From: Octopus sinensis
Lineage: Eukaryota
NCBI RefSeq assembly: GCF_006345805.1
Contig: NC_043004.1
Span: forward strand, 56,854,001 to 56,918,000
Direction: 5' to 3'
DNA length: 64,000 bases
Shown here in pieces: positions 26,697 to 41,460 of this stretch (the first letter of the stretch is position 1; each line of letters opens with the position of its first letter). The position numbers and the translations under genes are program-made. The notes beneath the pieces are model-generated. The model was not told where the DNA came from and did no database searches. It saw only the letters and a program-made list of their open reading frames with translations.

Positions 26697-26850
26697 TGCG
26701 GCGGATGTTTTTTCAGTTTCCGTCTTTCACATCCACTTAGAAAGTTTGTGTTGGTCTGAGGCGATAGTAGAAATCATTTGCCCAAATTGTCACGCAGAGG
26801 GAACTGAACCCAGAACCATGTTGTTGGGAAGCAATCTTTTAACCATTGTC
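26697..26850 (-). mobile_element. OK-like SINE head fragment
   Basis: Reverse complement of the gacggaaactgaaa..ctactatcgcc..gggttcagttcc segment. Confidence 0.7.
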
Positions 26851-27305
26851 ACACACAGACTCACACGGACACACACACATGTATATTGAATTTTTATCCA
26901 AGTTTAAAATTTCTATTTAAATCTACCCTTCCATTTTTGGCACAATCTCAAATGAATTTGTGTTTTCTTTCTATTCTTATCCGTCAAATAGATTACACAG
27001 GCAGAATAGGTTGAAATTTCAGAAACGCATGCATGTCTTAGAGTAGATACCTTATAGAGTAGATACCTTACGACTGCTATGAAGATTTTGTACAATTAAA
27101 TTCATTCCTTAAATTTCGATCGACTGCTGGCTGTGTTAAACCCACTCACCTACTGTGTCACATAATGTGCCATCGCCTAAGAGAGCAGAGTTAAATTCTA
27201 ACCTACTCAGACGTAATGAAATTTATGCACATACAAAACACACAGACACACACACACACACATACACATACGCACACATACACATATAGACACACACACT
27301 CATTC

Positions 27306-27351
<46 letters not shown>

Positions 27352-27354
<3 letters not shown>

Positions 27355-27752
27355 CGCAGGAGTGGCTGTGTGGTAAGTAGCTTGCTAACCAACCACATGG
27401 TTCCGGGTTTAGGCCCACTGCGTGGCATCTTGGGCAAGTGTCTTCTGCTATAGCCCTGGGCCGACCAATGCCTTGTGAGTGGATTTGGTAGACGGAAACT
27501 GAAAGAAGCCCGTCGTATATATGTATATATGTGTATGTATATGTATGTGTGTGTGTGTTTGTGTATCTGTGTTTGTCCCTAGCATTGCTTGACAACCGAT
27601 GCTGGTGTGTTTACGTCCCCGTTACTTAGCGGTTCGGCAAAAGAGACCGATAGAATACTGGGCTTATAAGTCTCGGGGTCGATTTGCTCGACTAAAGGCG
27701 ATGCTCCAGCATGGCCGCAGTCAAATGACTGAAACAAATAAAAGAGTAAAAG
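27352..27752 (+). mobile_element. Full-length OK-like tRNA-derived SINE
   Basis: ggcgcaggagtggctgtgtggtaagtagcttgct..ggttccgggttt head, central microsatellite and gaaacaaataaaagag tail. Confidence 0.92.
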
Positions 27753-27756
27753 AGAG

Positions 27757-27793
<37 letters not shown>

Positions 27794-28239
27794 ACAATTT
27801 AGATTGAGCGTTCGTATATGTTTTTTCTGTGTGTATTAGGTATGTTCCTCAATTATTAGAAACACTAGGTGTGCTTTAATCTAAATATCACTTCACCTTT
27901 GCTTCTCAGCGTATTCCTTTCTTTCTCATTCATTTCCGCTTACATGTCCTCACTCCATCTTTGTATCCGGATGTTACGTATTTAATCAATATATGCGTTC
28001 CACATAACATTATTTTCACTAAATATAATGTCATTCCTTCTATCTGCGTAGGCAAGCGTAGATTGTCTTCTCTCTATTCTATCAATGTCTCTCCGTTTTT
28101 CTTCATCTCATCTTCATCAATTTCTCTCCGCCCACATTGCAGATGAATTTCTTAGTGTCTTTTTCTTTACGCATCACCTGCTTGAAACCTATATATGTCA
28201 TATCTTGCGTGATCTTCATTTTTTCCACCGCAGGCAAAT

Positions 28240-28590
28240 ACATGCATGCATGCATACATACATACACACATATATATACATACATGCATACATACACTCA
28301 TAAATACATACATATATGTATGCATACATACATACACATACATATATATATATATACATACATGCATACATACACTCATAATTACATACATATATGTATG
28401 CATACATACATACACATACATATATACATACATGCATACATACACTCATAAATACATACATATATGTGTGCATACATACACTACATATATACATACATGC
28501 ATACATACACTCATAAATACATACATATATGCATGCATACGTGCATACACATACATATATACATACAAACATACATGCTTTCATGCATAC
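28240..28590. repeat. Minisatellite of about 60-70 bp built from (TACA)n units
   Basis: Repeating tacatgcatacatacactcataa(a/t)tacatacatatatg units. Confidence 0.85.
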
Positions 28591-29103
28591 AAATAATTAT
28601 CTACGTATGCAATGTTTACTCACTTCGTATATATACACTATTTCGTGATATACTCTGTCAAAAGCTACGAAAGAAACTGTTATGTCGAAAGTTTTATTTA
28701 TCAAATTAATTTTAATAAGTGCCACCCAGAAAAAAAAGTGAAATTCATGTGCAACTTGTTGAGTACTCAACAGAAATGTGTACTTGCAATGTTGTTCCCA
28801 GAAAAATTCAACCTGGCACAGAGTGTGGCAAGGCTGCCACTTTCAAATGCAGGTAGCACTAAATTTCGCCAGCTGAGTGGAGCGTTAATACAGGGTCTTG
28901 CTCAAAGACAAGATACGCGTGCAGGAATCGAAGACCTAACCTTAGGATAGTGAGCTAAATACCCTAACCTCTAAGGCACATAACTTCATACACGCACGCA
29001 CAGTCTCTCACACACACATATATACACACACACATGCACACAGATATATATCTATGTGTTAGCAGTGTTTTAGTGTGGTGGTCTGTTGCACGGTACTAAT
29101 ATT

Positions 29104-29375
29104 AAGGCGGCGAGCTGGCAGAAACGTTAGCACACCGGGCGAAACACTTAGCGGTATTTCGTCTGCCGTTACGTTCTGAGTTCAAATTCCGTCGAGGTCG
29201 ACTTTGCCTTTCATCCTTTCGGGGTCGATAAATTAAGTACCAGTAACGCACTGGGGGTCGATGTAATCGACTTAATCCGTTTGTCTGTCCATGTTTGTCC
29301 TGTCTGTGTTTAGCCCCTTGTGGGTAGTAAAGAAATAGGTACTAATATTTCTCAGTTCCAAGTTATTCTAATGCA

Positions 29376-29406
<31 letters not shown>

Positions 29407-30029
29407 GCACACACACACACACACGCACGTACGCACGCACACACACACACACACGCACATACATGTACACATATATTGGTTTCGAAATATGGAAGAAGAC
29501 CATGAAATTCGGAGAAATACATCACCCCAGTGTTCGACTGGTACTGGCCTTTAATCGACCCCAAAATGATAATTGACAGAGTCGACCTCGAGGGCATTTG
29601 TACTCAGATCGTAAACCATGCACACATATATACTTTCCTTCTATAGGCACAAGGCCCAAATTTTTGGGGAGAAAGCCAGTCGATTAGATAGACCCCATTA
29701 CGTAATTGGTACTTAATTTATCGACCCCGAAAGATGAAAGGTAAGTCGACCTCGGCGGAATTTGAATTCAGAACATAACGGCCAAGGCAATACCTATTTT
29801 TTTACTACTCACAAGGGGCTAAACACAGAGAGGACAAACAAGGACAGACAAATGGATTAAGTCGATTATATCGACCCCAGTGCGTAACTGGTACTTATTT
29901 AATCGACCCCGTAAGGGATGAAAGGCAAAGTCGACCTCGGCGGAATTTGAACTCAGAACGTAGCGGCAGACGAAATACTGCTAAGCATTTCAGCCAGCGT
30001 GCTAACCTTTCTACCAGCTCGCCGCCTTA
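29104..30029. mobile_element. Cluster of four SINEs of the ggcgagctggcag family (Deu/Nin-domain-like core)
   Basis: Full plus copy at 29104-29342, full minus copy at 29791-30029, and partial minus copies at 29505-29610 and 29640-29790. Core: gaggtcgactttgcctttcatcctttcggggtcgataaa. Confidence 0.88.
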
Positions 30030-30646
30030 TTCACACATATATAAGAGTCATCAAGACTCAGCACTTACTCCCGACGTATGTAATACCGTAACTAAGCCAC
30101 TATATACCAAAACGTAATGATGTTAATTCACTTTACATAGATATTGATCTGCATAAAAATTTTGAAAAATATGTAAATAATTTGCATCTAGTTCAAACGT
30201 TCTGTTTGGTACTTCCGTACTTCCATCTGGCTGCGCCTACACGTAGGAACTTTGATATAATGATTATTATCTGTTACTTCAGTAACCATGCTTGTTGTTT
30301 CTTCGCTGTTATTGAATTATTGAACATGATGCAATATTTCCCCACATGGCTGTTCTTCAAATTCTCACATTAGTGTTAATGGTGCGTGAATTATTAATTA
30401 TAATATTATAAGTGAACATGTACTATTGTGCTGTTAGAGTGCAATTACATTCAAACAAATATCCTTCTCTACTCTATGTAATGACATTCACCACTAGTAG
30501 AATACAGTGCAATATGCTATTAATAGTAAATATGTGATAAAGGATAGACTGGGATTCTTGTGAGGAGGTTTACCGTAGAGTTCATTTCCATGATTCTAAT
30601 TTTCCAAGTTTCAAAGTATTGTATTATAGTAGAGTTTATATTATTT

Positions 30647-30982
30647 AGGCGCATGGCTCAGTGGATAGAGCGTCGAGCTTATGACCGTGAGTTTGTGAGT
30701 TCGAATCCCGGACCGGGCTGCTTGCTGTGTTCTTGAGCAAGACAAATTATTTCACGTTACTCCAGTTCACTCAGCTGCAGAAATGAATTGCAACGTCACA
30801 GGTGCCAAGCTGTATCAGCCTTTGCTCCTCCCTTTGGATAACATTGGTGGCATGGAGAGGGGTGGCCGCTATGCGTGGACGACTGCTGGTCTTCCATAAA
30901 CAACCTAGCCCGGACTTGTGCCTGGGAGGGTAACTTTCTAGGTGAAATCCCATGGTCTGTCATGACCGAAGGGGGTCTCAGC
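30647..30982 (+). mobile_element. tRNA-derived SINE (ttcttgagcaag family)
   Basis: tggctcagtgg A-box, gagttcgaatcc B-box and a body shared with 57395-57668. Confidence 0.88.
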
Positions 30983-30988
30983 ACACAC

Positions 30989-31041
<53 letters not shown>

Positions 31042-31572
31042 CGAGCAAAATGCCCCCCATCCAATCTGCTGCATAAAAATGAATCAGTGTTTTCTTTTCA
31101 TTAAGAAAGAATTACGCATGCCTTTATTTCAATAAAATTTTTGGTTTTGTTAAACGAAGTTAAGGCAAAAAAAAAAACTTCTTGAGAAACCAAATACTCT
31201 TTCCTTCCTTCATGCCAAGTTTGAAAAAAATATCTCTCTGCATCTTACTTTTTTGGTCTCTTAAATATACTGCATTTTGTGGCATTATTTGAAGCTAGCC
31301 AGCTTTTTATGCGCAAACTGCACATGCATTTTTCTCGCATACGTGTAGTACAGATCGCAACAGCTGATGTACTTGCGCGTACAAATACACGTTCCCACAG
31401 CTTTATCGATGGCATTCTCACCTGCAATCGAGTTTTGTAATTTTTTCAAGACTTATACAGACCCTGATACGGTCGGTATCTACATATCAAATTTGACCGC
31501 AATCGGATGGATGATATCCGAGATCCTAGAAGACACACAGACAGATAGAGAGAACAGATTTTATATAATAGA
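31042..31572 (-). mobile_element. Helitron-like non-autonomous element (degenerate 3' end)
   Basis: The minus strand starts A|TCtattatataaaatctgttctctctatctgtctgtg, like 8789. The 3' end reads CTCG|T instead of CTAG|T. Confidence 0.55.
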
Positions 31573-31719
31573 TATGGCATCCGTAAGTGTAAAATCAAGG
31601 CGGTCATACATACTCTATAGTGAAAGAGTTCCTGGAATTGTTCAAGTTCATCGATCGGATCACCTGGATTCAACTTGGTGTAATTCTGCATTATCTATAA
31701 TGAATTAATGTGTTCTGTT

Positions 31720-31757
31720 AGTCGAATGTGTGTGCATATATTTATATTTGTGTTTAT

Positions 31758-31811
<54 letters not shown>

Positions 31812-31962
31812 ATCTATATATATATATATGTATATATTATATATATATATATGTAATATATATATTATATATATGTGTATATATATATATATGTAATATA
31901 TATATGTATATATATATATATGTATATAATATGTATATAATATATATACATGTATATGTATG

Positions 31963-31999
<37 letters not shown>

Positions 32000-32076
32000 G
32001 TGTATATATATATGTGTGTATATATATATATATAAGTATATATATATATATTATATTATGTATATATATTTATATG

Positions 32077-32108
<32 letters not shown>

Positions 32109-32506
32109 TGTATATATATAAGTATATATATATATGTATATATATATATGTATATATATGTATATATATATGTATATATGTATATATATATGTGTATATA
32201 TATATGTGTATATATATGTATATATATAATATATATATATAGTATATATATATATGTATATATATATATGTATATATATATCTATGTATATATATATATA
32301 TATGTATATATATGTATATATATGTATATATATATGTATATATATATGTATATAATATATATATGTATATATATATATGTATATATATATATATGTATAT
32401 ATATAATATATATATATATATGTGTATATATTATATATGTATATATATATATATATATATGTGTATATATATATGTATAATATATATATATATATATGTA
32501 TATATA

Positions 32507-32547
<41 letters not shown>

Positions 32548-32560
32548 TATATATATGTAT
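31720..32560. repeat. (TA)n/(TATG)n microsatellite block
   Basis: Direct inspection. Confidence 0.97.
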
Positions 32561-32686
32561 GTATAATTAAACAGCCGAAATTTGCGATGAGGGATCAGTT
32601 CTGACTGAAGAATGAAGGCTTTGAATGACCCGTTTTTTTTTGTTCGTCCCTTCGTGTATTTCATGTTATTTATTTATGTAAAGGTT

Positions 32687-33095
<409 letters not shown>

Positions 33096-33100
33096 TACAT

Positions 33101-33134
<34 letters not shown>

Positions 33135-34056
33135 CATATTAATAATTATGTCTTTGCATTTTTTTATATATGGAGAGGAATTGAGTGAACGAAAAAGAGC
33201 CTGCCTTTCTGAGACGTGTTGTATGAGATTTTATAGATATGTTCTAGGCGATTGTAAGGTTATATATTTTTACCTAACTCGAAATGCTTCGATAGTCCCT
33301 TGAAGTAACACCTAACTATAAAACTGTCCCTTACTTTTATCGTAGTTAAAAATGTACTGGACATAAAAAGCTTTCATTCAGAATTTTGACCTCGTTTTCA
33401 AATAGCTGCCAGAATTTATATAAACATGACGGGAGTGAATAAAAATAAGAATTATTACTTCAAATATTAGGGTTTGTCTGTACAACAATAACAGTTGTTG
33501 TTTTTTAACACTTTTCTGAAAATGGCACGAAGCCATGACAATATGTTTGTACAATATCTTGAAATACGCTCACCTTTATTTTCCTTAGTAATTCTTGTTT
33601 TCGTTTCTGTTTTTATGCATTCCCATTGACTAATATCAAAACGACAAAACCAATCGATATTTTCTTTTCATTTTATTCGCTGAAACCTTTGAAGATTTCA
33701 TATTTTATGGACATTGAAAGGAAAAATGTATACAAATACACATGTGCAAACTTCAAGCACTTAAAGTCAGGAATACAGGAGCATAAACTGTGCATATTTT
33801 TGTTTGTGTTAGCATGTGTAACTATGTATACAATATGTGTGTATGTGTTTACAATCTAATGTATGTGTGCATATTTACACCCCACTCACATACACATAAG
33901 CATATACACACGCATACATACGCACACTCACTCACCCATATATATACGTATATACACAGCGGTCTCTGAATAAATATGTCTATATATGTGTTCGTAAATA
34001 TATATGCATACATATGTATATATGTATATGTGTGTATATAGTGAATATATAGATAC

Positions 34057-34087
<31 letters not shown>

Positions 34088-36646
34088 CATATACACACAT
34101 ATATATATTCACATATATACATGTATGTGTGTGTATGTCAGTGTACATATATCTAGGATTATGTGCATATTCCTGCTCGTAAGGAAGCTTCAGGTTTTGT
34201 GGTTCATGCTGGTAAGTTTGCATATATTTCCGCATAATAACATAAGTGGATACATACATTCATGTCTGCGTATCTGTACGCGTGTGTCGATGTATTCAAT
34301 TTGCCTACGTATGTATTCTTGCTCTGTGAGATTCAGATTAGGTGATCGATCAAGCAACGCGACAATAATGAAGAGAAATGCTAATGTAAAGAAAAATAGG
34401 AAATCGAGTTAAGCAAATATACCATTATTTTTTCTATTTTCACTTAATAAAGATTCACAGGGAAATTATTCATTAATTTACATATTTTAATAATATACAT
34501 TTCTTAAAGTTCTGTTAAATCGATACATGATTTTCTGAATAAACATTTTCCTGGGTTACGTACAAAATAAGTGGTTTCTTATAGAATCTATTGATCGTCT
34601 CAGCTCATCATTATTCTGAGCTTGGACCAACATGTTTGTAAGTAAAATATCTTCGGGGACTTACTTTGGACATTATATCTGTGTTAATATAGTATAGAAC
34701 GTCTTATAACGAATGCATATACATACATACTTACATATGCATATATATATATATTTTTTTTTTTTCATACAGATACACACACACACACACATATATGTAC
34801 ATATACAAATATATACTTGTATATATGTATTATTTGTATTTGTGTGCGTGTGTGTGTCTGTGTGTTTCTACGTGTTGCGTAGAGTACTTACCGTATCAAC
34901 AGATCAAGAGTTTGAAATTTTGGGACAATACTTGCCCCCCACCTCCAAAAAAATTATATTAAGATTAAGATTTAGGAGTTGAGTATGTGGATTACATCGG
35001 CATCAGTACTTAACTAGTACTTAATGGAGATCCTGAAAGACAGCCATCCATTCGGTATGCAATAGGATGAGTATAAGTCATGTTCCCGGGTCGATGAAAT
35101 ATTTGTTAAATAACGGAGAGAGAAATACATCTCATTCCAAATTAAAGATAATGACAACTTTTCTTGTCACCTCTGATGGAAGAGAAAGCTGCGCCCTGTT
35201 GTTACTTACTGAAGCAGAAGCAGAACAAATAGCTTGTAATTCTTTTCAGCTGAATAGACTTGGGAAACGTCAGATCATGTATCTTGTTTAAGGACATGGA
35301 GCATTCACAGTTCATGAACTGAAGGCACGAGCTTAGACTCATGAGCCGAAAATACTAAACACCCGGCCGCTCATTTTCACATGTTCTGGTATGGCTTGTT
35401 TTAATATCTGTGAACGCGCACGTTGTACTTTTGAATAACATACAACACTTCGCCTTGCTTATATTTTAACTGCAGATGAATAACAATCTTCTTTCCCTTC
35501 TGTTCCTTGAAGTGCGGGTTGGGCAAGAATTGTGTCCGCCGGTGACACTTAAAACAGCGTAATCTTCGTACAATTTGTCTTCTCATACTCTTTCGTGAAT
35601 TCGTAAATTGTTTTTCTATGAATATATGTTAACCTGCGCATTAACCGAGATACATCTATTGCCAGATACTATATTTTCTACGGGCGGGCAAATGTATAGA
35701 CCTGAACAAAAGAATTTATTGTCAACCAAATACACCAGCATTTTAAAAAGACAATTATTTAATCACACCATATTAATCTACTTTGTATATATTGATACCT
35801 GTGTTTTTAACTTCGTAAACTATGCGTAAAACTAAGGGAGAAAATGAAGAGAGCAAAAAACAACGTGCTGGTGGTGGTGGTCATGGTGACAGCGGCGCTG
35901 GTTGTGAATGATGGATACGATAGATGTGGAGTAAATGATAATGAATCAAAACATACATACACACATATATATGCAGAGAAAGAGAGAGAGAGATGGTGGG
36001 AGAAAGAGATAGTGTGTTTAAGACAGGACTTTCGAAAGGAAGGTGGTGTGATGATGCTATGTCTTTATTAATTTCATTCTCATATCCCCATCCATCTTTC
36101 GGAACATTTTTCTTCAGACACTTTTATCAACACCAACGTCACTACCGCCATCTCTGCCAAAACCACTAAAATAGTAACTGACGCCGCCCCCACTCTCTCC
36201 CTCTTTCTTTCTCTCTCACTACTTCAACCTCCACTCCTATAATAGCCGCCATCAGTTTGTCGTGCCTGTATGTATTCTTGAATCTGTGCAAATCTATCCA
36301 TCTTTATAAATTTTTATATTTTGTGTGTAATTTCCTTTAACATCTTAATTCAGTCTTGCTGTTGTCATGAATTCGATATTTTGAGTTGAATTACAGTCCG
36401 AATTGCATTGTATTTAGAAAATTTAGAAAGTTCTTTCAAAATTCTAAATCATGATATTTTGAAAGTTCCTGCAATTTTTTTTTTATCTATGCATGAATTA
36501 GGCTTATCCTAAAAAAAAAAAGAAAAAATATTGACCGTTTTCTGTGATTAAAGTCTTTTTTATTGATTCAACATGTTTTGTACTACAGTATTATGATACA
36601 ATAAGTAATACAATAAAATATAATAAGTAATGCATACGTATTACTT

Positions 36647-36755
36647 ATTGAGGAACGGCCCCGATAGGCCATTCGACTCACTAGAAAGAGCAGCCAAGAC
36701 TCAAACCGCCGCTCTTTCTAGTGGGTCGAATGGCCTATCGGGGCCGTTCCTCAAT
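36647..36755. other. GC-rich 109-nt hairpin (45-bp arms, 19-nt loop)
   Basis: attgaggaacggccccgataggccattcgactcactagaaagagc pairs with its reverse complement, with a single G.U on the plus strand. Confidence 0.9.
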
Positions 36756-37039
36756 GTTGTTGAAATTATATACATAGTCTGTGACTATTTTCTCTTTCTC
36801 ACTAGACCGCTGGTGGCAAAAAATTTCTATTGAATTTTGTACTACCCTTATATTGATTAATTAACGTATTACTTATTGTATGATAAAAAAGATAGAGTAT
36901 ACCGTCATTCTTTTATATGACCCCTTAATATATAAGAAAAGTACTGAAGGTACAGCGTCAAAGAGAAACAGCTTCCCGGTTAGTAAAGTCTCTCGTAAAT
37001 ATTATTGCTCAAATCTTATCCCCATACTTAAACTGTGTA

Positions 37040-37330
37040 ACATGATTTTTGTCCTTCCATAGCAACTGTTATTTCCTATTTGCTTATCCTAGGAAGTATG
37101 AAAAATGGCTATTTCCTTCAATCTTTGTTTTTCAAATATCTATTCAAAACCCCAAAGAATCTCACTCAGCACACGGCTATGATGCTCCTCCGCCCACTGC
37201 AACAACAGCTGCTCATGACTAGAGATGCACAAAGTGTCAATCACTAACAGACATGCTCACGTGGTTAAGATCAAGCAAGTAACGAGCAAATTCGTTGTAG
37301 TGAGTAGAATATTTGCTATAACGACATTTC
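37040..37330 (+). mobile_element. Interspersed repeat, same family as 2560-3030 and 52345-52620
   Basis: caactgttatttcctatttgcttatcc..ggctatgatgctcc..agacatgctca motifs. Confidence 0.65.
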
Positions 37331-38099
37331 CGCTTCAGCAACTCAGCGCTGAATTTGTTTGAAATATAATGGAAAAAAAGGTCAATTTCAAAACATTGAG
37401 TCTAGGTCGGAAAAGAAAGGTTTGAAGAGAATAGCTTTCATTTTCATTGATTTCTAAGTAAGAAGCATATAGGAAATCGCATTGACATAACAAAGACAAA
37501 AAAGAAAAAGAAACAAGAAAAGAAAAGGAGCAATTTTTAAAGTGTTATCAAACTATAGTACCCTTAGTAAATCAATACTGTAATTCAAGGAGCAACAATT
37601 TCATCAATAAACTCAGAACAGAAAGTAATTAACTGAAGTATTAAGAATGAATTGACAAGTCTTTATTAACTACAACTGAGATGTTTATGGCTGGTACTGC
37701 GCTACAAAAATGGAATTTTTAATATTCATGGGTAATTTTAGTATATTACAATCATAATGGTGTTCTTTACAATGCAAAATGTATATTACGATTGTAAGGG
37801 TGTTTTTTACAATGTAAAATGTAATCAAAAGTTGTAGAGCAGGTTGCTCTGTTATGAGATTTCGGCTTCAATGAAGAAATACTCTTGAAATAGGATCTGG
37901 ATGATAGTGCAAATAGAAGGATAATTGAAGACGTTTTGAAAGTTTTATCATTTACCTTTTAGTCTCTTAACTTGTTTCAGTCATTATGTGTGTGTGTGTG
38001 TGTGTGTTATATCTCTACACTCATGTGGGATTCCACCCTGAAGATCTTTCAGTCCAATAAATCGATCTCAGTAATTATTATTTTAAAAGTCTGTTACTT

Positions 38100-38565
38100 A
38101 TTCTATCGACCTCTGTTACCGAACTGCTAAATTAAAGGGACGTAAACACACCAGCACTGATTGTCAAGCGGCAGTGACGAACAAAGACACACAAACACAG
38201 ACACACACACACGCGCGCCCACATATACAATGATATAAATAAGCAAATATAACAGCTTGGGTTTTATGTACGAAACATATATAAAAGGATACATGTAAAT
38301 AGAGAGAAAGCAAAGACGGAAAATTGTCAGACGAAGAATATTCAATTATAAATATAAAGATATTTATATATTAACACATCAAACTTACAACTAGTACAAA
38401 GGCGCAAAAATTTAAACGGGAGAATGTATAGTGTTGCAAGTCCGACAGTTGCTTCTGGTGGCTCGGAGTTACTTTAGAATGTTGGCAGAAGTAATTCCTC
38501 AGAATATTTAACCAGTTACAGAGGCAAATAAGCATGAGGGTAGAGATATAAAACACACATACACA

Positions 38566-38610
<45 letters not shown>

Positions 38611-38873
38611 TACACACACACACACTCACACACACATATGCACGCGTGTGTTTATGTGCTAAGATGTTTACTTGCTAGCTACATGGTTTCGGTTTCGGTT
38701 TCGTTTCCACTGCGAGGCACTTGGGCAAGTGTAATCTACTACTATTGCCTAGAACCGACCGACACCTTGTGAGTAGATTTGATACAGGGTAACTGAAAGA
38801 AGCCCCTTCGTAATTATATGTAGTAGATGGCTCTTGCCCAAGGTGGGAATAAACTCGAAACCATTTGGTTAGG

Positions 38874-38880
<7 letters not shown>
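38100..38880. mobile_element. OK-like SINE fragments in mixed orientation
   Basis: Tail (minus) at 38100-38200, head (plus) at 38675-38820, head (minus) at 38828-38880. Confidence 0.65.
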
Positions 38881-38919
<39 letters not shown>

Positions 38920-39709
38920 ACGCCCATAAACGTATTTATATATACTCAGCCAGCATTCTTAGTGCTTCACATGAGCATCTGCCACAACTGGTCTGGATCA
39001 TTCTGCTTTGCTGAAAACAACAAATGCACTTCAAGAAGAAATTAATAGTTTTCCCAGAGACGTTTCAATGGATCAACTTTTAATGAATATAGAAAACGTT
39101 TCGCACTGTTCTCGTTGATTAAACGAGAATATTTGGAAACTTGTTCAGCCAGTAAGTGCAGAGAAACATATAGTCTTGTGATATGATACATATAGCATTA
39201 TAGTCTAGCAATGCAATGTTTGTGCCAATCACTTGTCTCCACTGAATTTCATTTTCGGAAAACTACTTTAAGTAACAATTTGCGCACAATATTCCTACGT
39301 AATGGCATATACAGGAAATCAACGATATTAAAACAGCTGAGACCAGAGTATTTGTGAAGGAAAAGCAATTACCAGCAACAAAATATTTGAAAGGCGATTT
39401 TTTACTTATATTTAATGTCTTAGTATTATTGTGTGTAATAGCTTTCTTCAATTATTGATGGGATTTTTCGGACCGTAATTATAAGATTTAATTAAATTTG
39501 TACAGTTATTTTATTCACTACTTCAAATTTATGTTTATGCATGCATAAACATACATAGTATCTTTCCGTCTGTCTCTGTTTCTCTCTCTTTCTCTGAATA
39601 TATATATATATATATTTATGGTTGTGCGTATGTGTGTATGTAAATTTGTGTATATATGTATATATATATATATATATATAATATGTGTGTGTGCGTGTGA
39701 ATGTGTGTC

Positions 39710-39812
<103 letters not shown>

Positions 39813-40701
39813 ATATATATATGCTTTTATACATATATGTGTATATGCATGTAAATATATCTTTAAATTCTTGATGATTTTTGTTATTATAATTTTTATT
39901 TTCTGTTAATTTAAAATTCTTTCATTTCCTTCATTTCCTGCATTATATTTGTTTATTCCTAAAATATTTTTTCATGTACTCTTAATGATCAAGTTTACGT
40001 TTTGTGTTTATATCACAAAATGCCGAGCATAAAGACAGTTCCGATACGTGTGACTTCTGCAGATAACTTCATTGAAATCCAACAGCTTTCTAATTCATAG
40101 ATTACTAATTCACCAACATCTATTGATCATAAAACTTTCACCATGGATATGTTTTTGTCGATAAACTAATTTACAGAGAACAGCAGCGTAAATAAAGAAG
40201 CAATCACAAACTATTTTTTCAAACGTAAAAAACTTATTTCCTATCAATAAGTTTACACAATTATAGCAGATGACGTTTGAATAGAGCAAAACTGCAACGT
40301 GTCGCAGGTTATCTTAACAACGGAAAACATTTGTTAGCATGGTCAGTATATAAATACACAAAATACCAATATTACTGTGTGAACTAAAACTTCATGCAAG
40401 ATAACATGAGCATGCGTCGTATACTTATAGTCGCGAATCAATCAAAATCACACATAGCATAGCATAGTTTGTATATTATCGTGCATCGAGGGTGGAAGCA
40501 TTGAAATGTGTTGCGATGATTCATGAAATAAAGAACGTTACAAACACCAGCTACAATTTAGTTCGCGTAATTCTCATAATTCTATCTAAAATTTTGATGA
40601 ATAGATCCATCAATTATATTTCATGACACTGAATGTTTGAACATGTAATTCCCGAAATGCACATATTTGTAACTTCTGCTTTTCTGTCAGCATATAGTGC
40701 G

Positions 40702-40781
<80 letters not shown>

Positions 40782-40789
40782 TATATATA

Positions 40790-41460
40790 TCCTCCTTCAT
40801 CAGCAATGAATATTTGCAGCTGGATAATACGTCACGAAGGCCATCCTGTGCAAGTTGTGTGTGTGTGTTTGTGCGCGTGTGCAAGTATGTGTATGTTTGT
40901 GTACGTGCATGCGTGTCTATGTGATTGTTTGTGTGTGCGTGTGGTGTGTGTTTGTGTCTGCATGTATACGTATGTATGCATGTATGTGTGTGCGTCTCCG
41001 TGCGAGTGCATGTGTATACGAATCTGCCTATTGATATATATATATATATATATATAATATATATATATCCTCCTTCATCAGCAATGATATTTGCAGCTGG
41101 ATAATACGTCACGAAGGCCATCCTGTGCAAGTTGTGTGTGTGTGTTTGTGCGCGTGTGCAAGTATGTGTATGTTTGTGTACGTGCATGCGTGTCTATGTG
41201 ATTGTTTGTGTGTGCGTGTGGTGTGTGTTTGTGTCTGCATGTATACGTATGTATGCATGTATGTGTGTGCGTCTCCGTGCGAGTGCATGTGTATACGAAT
41301 CTGCCTATTGATATATATATATATATATATAATATATATATATATATGTATGCACACACAGAGACACGCAAACACACACACACACACACACAACTTGCAC
41401 AGGATGGCCTTTGTGACGTATTTTCCAGCTGCAAATATTAATGGCTGATGAAGGAGGATA
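40790..41460. repeat. About 279-bp near-identical tandem duplication plus an inverted 70-bp copy
   Basis: 40790-41065 is repeated at 41069-41330, and 41393-41460 is an inverted copy of the non-microsatellite head. Confidence 0.85.

Noticed and set aside
27352-27430. SINE heads as tRNA genes
   Set aside because: They lack complete cloverleaf acceptor stems and run into shared non-tRNA bodies, so they are SINEs.
28240-28590. Regularly spaced repeats as a CRISPR-like array
   Set aside because: There are no unique spacers, the units are microsatellite-derived, and the context is eukaryotic with no cas genes.
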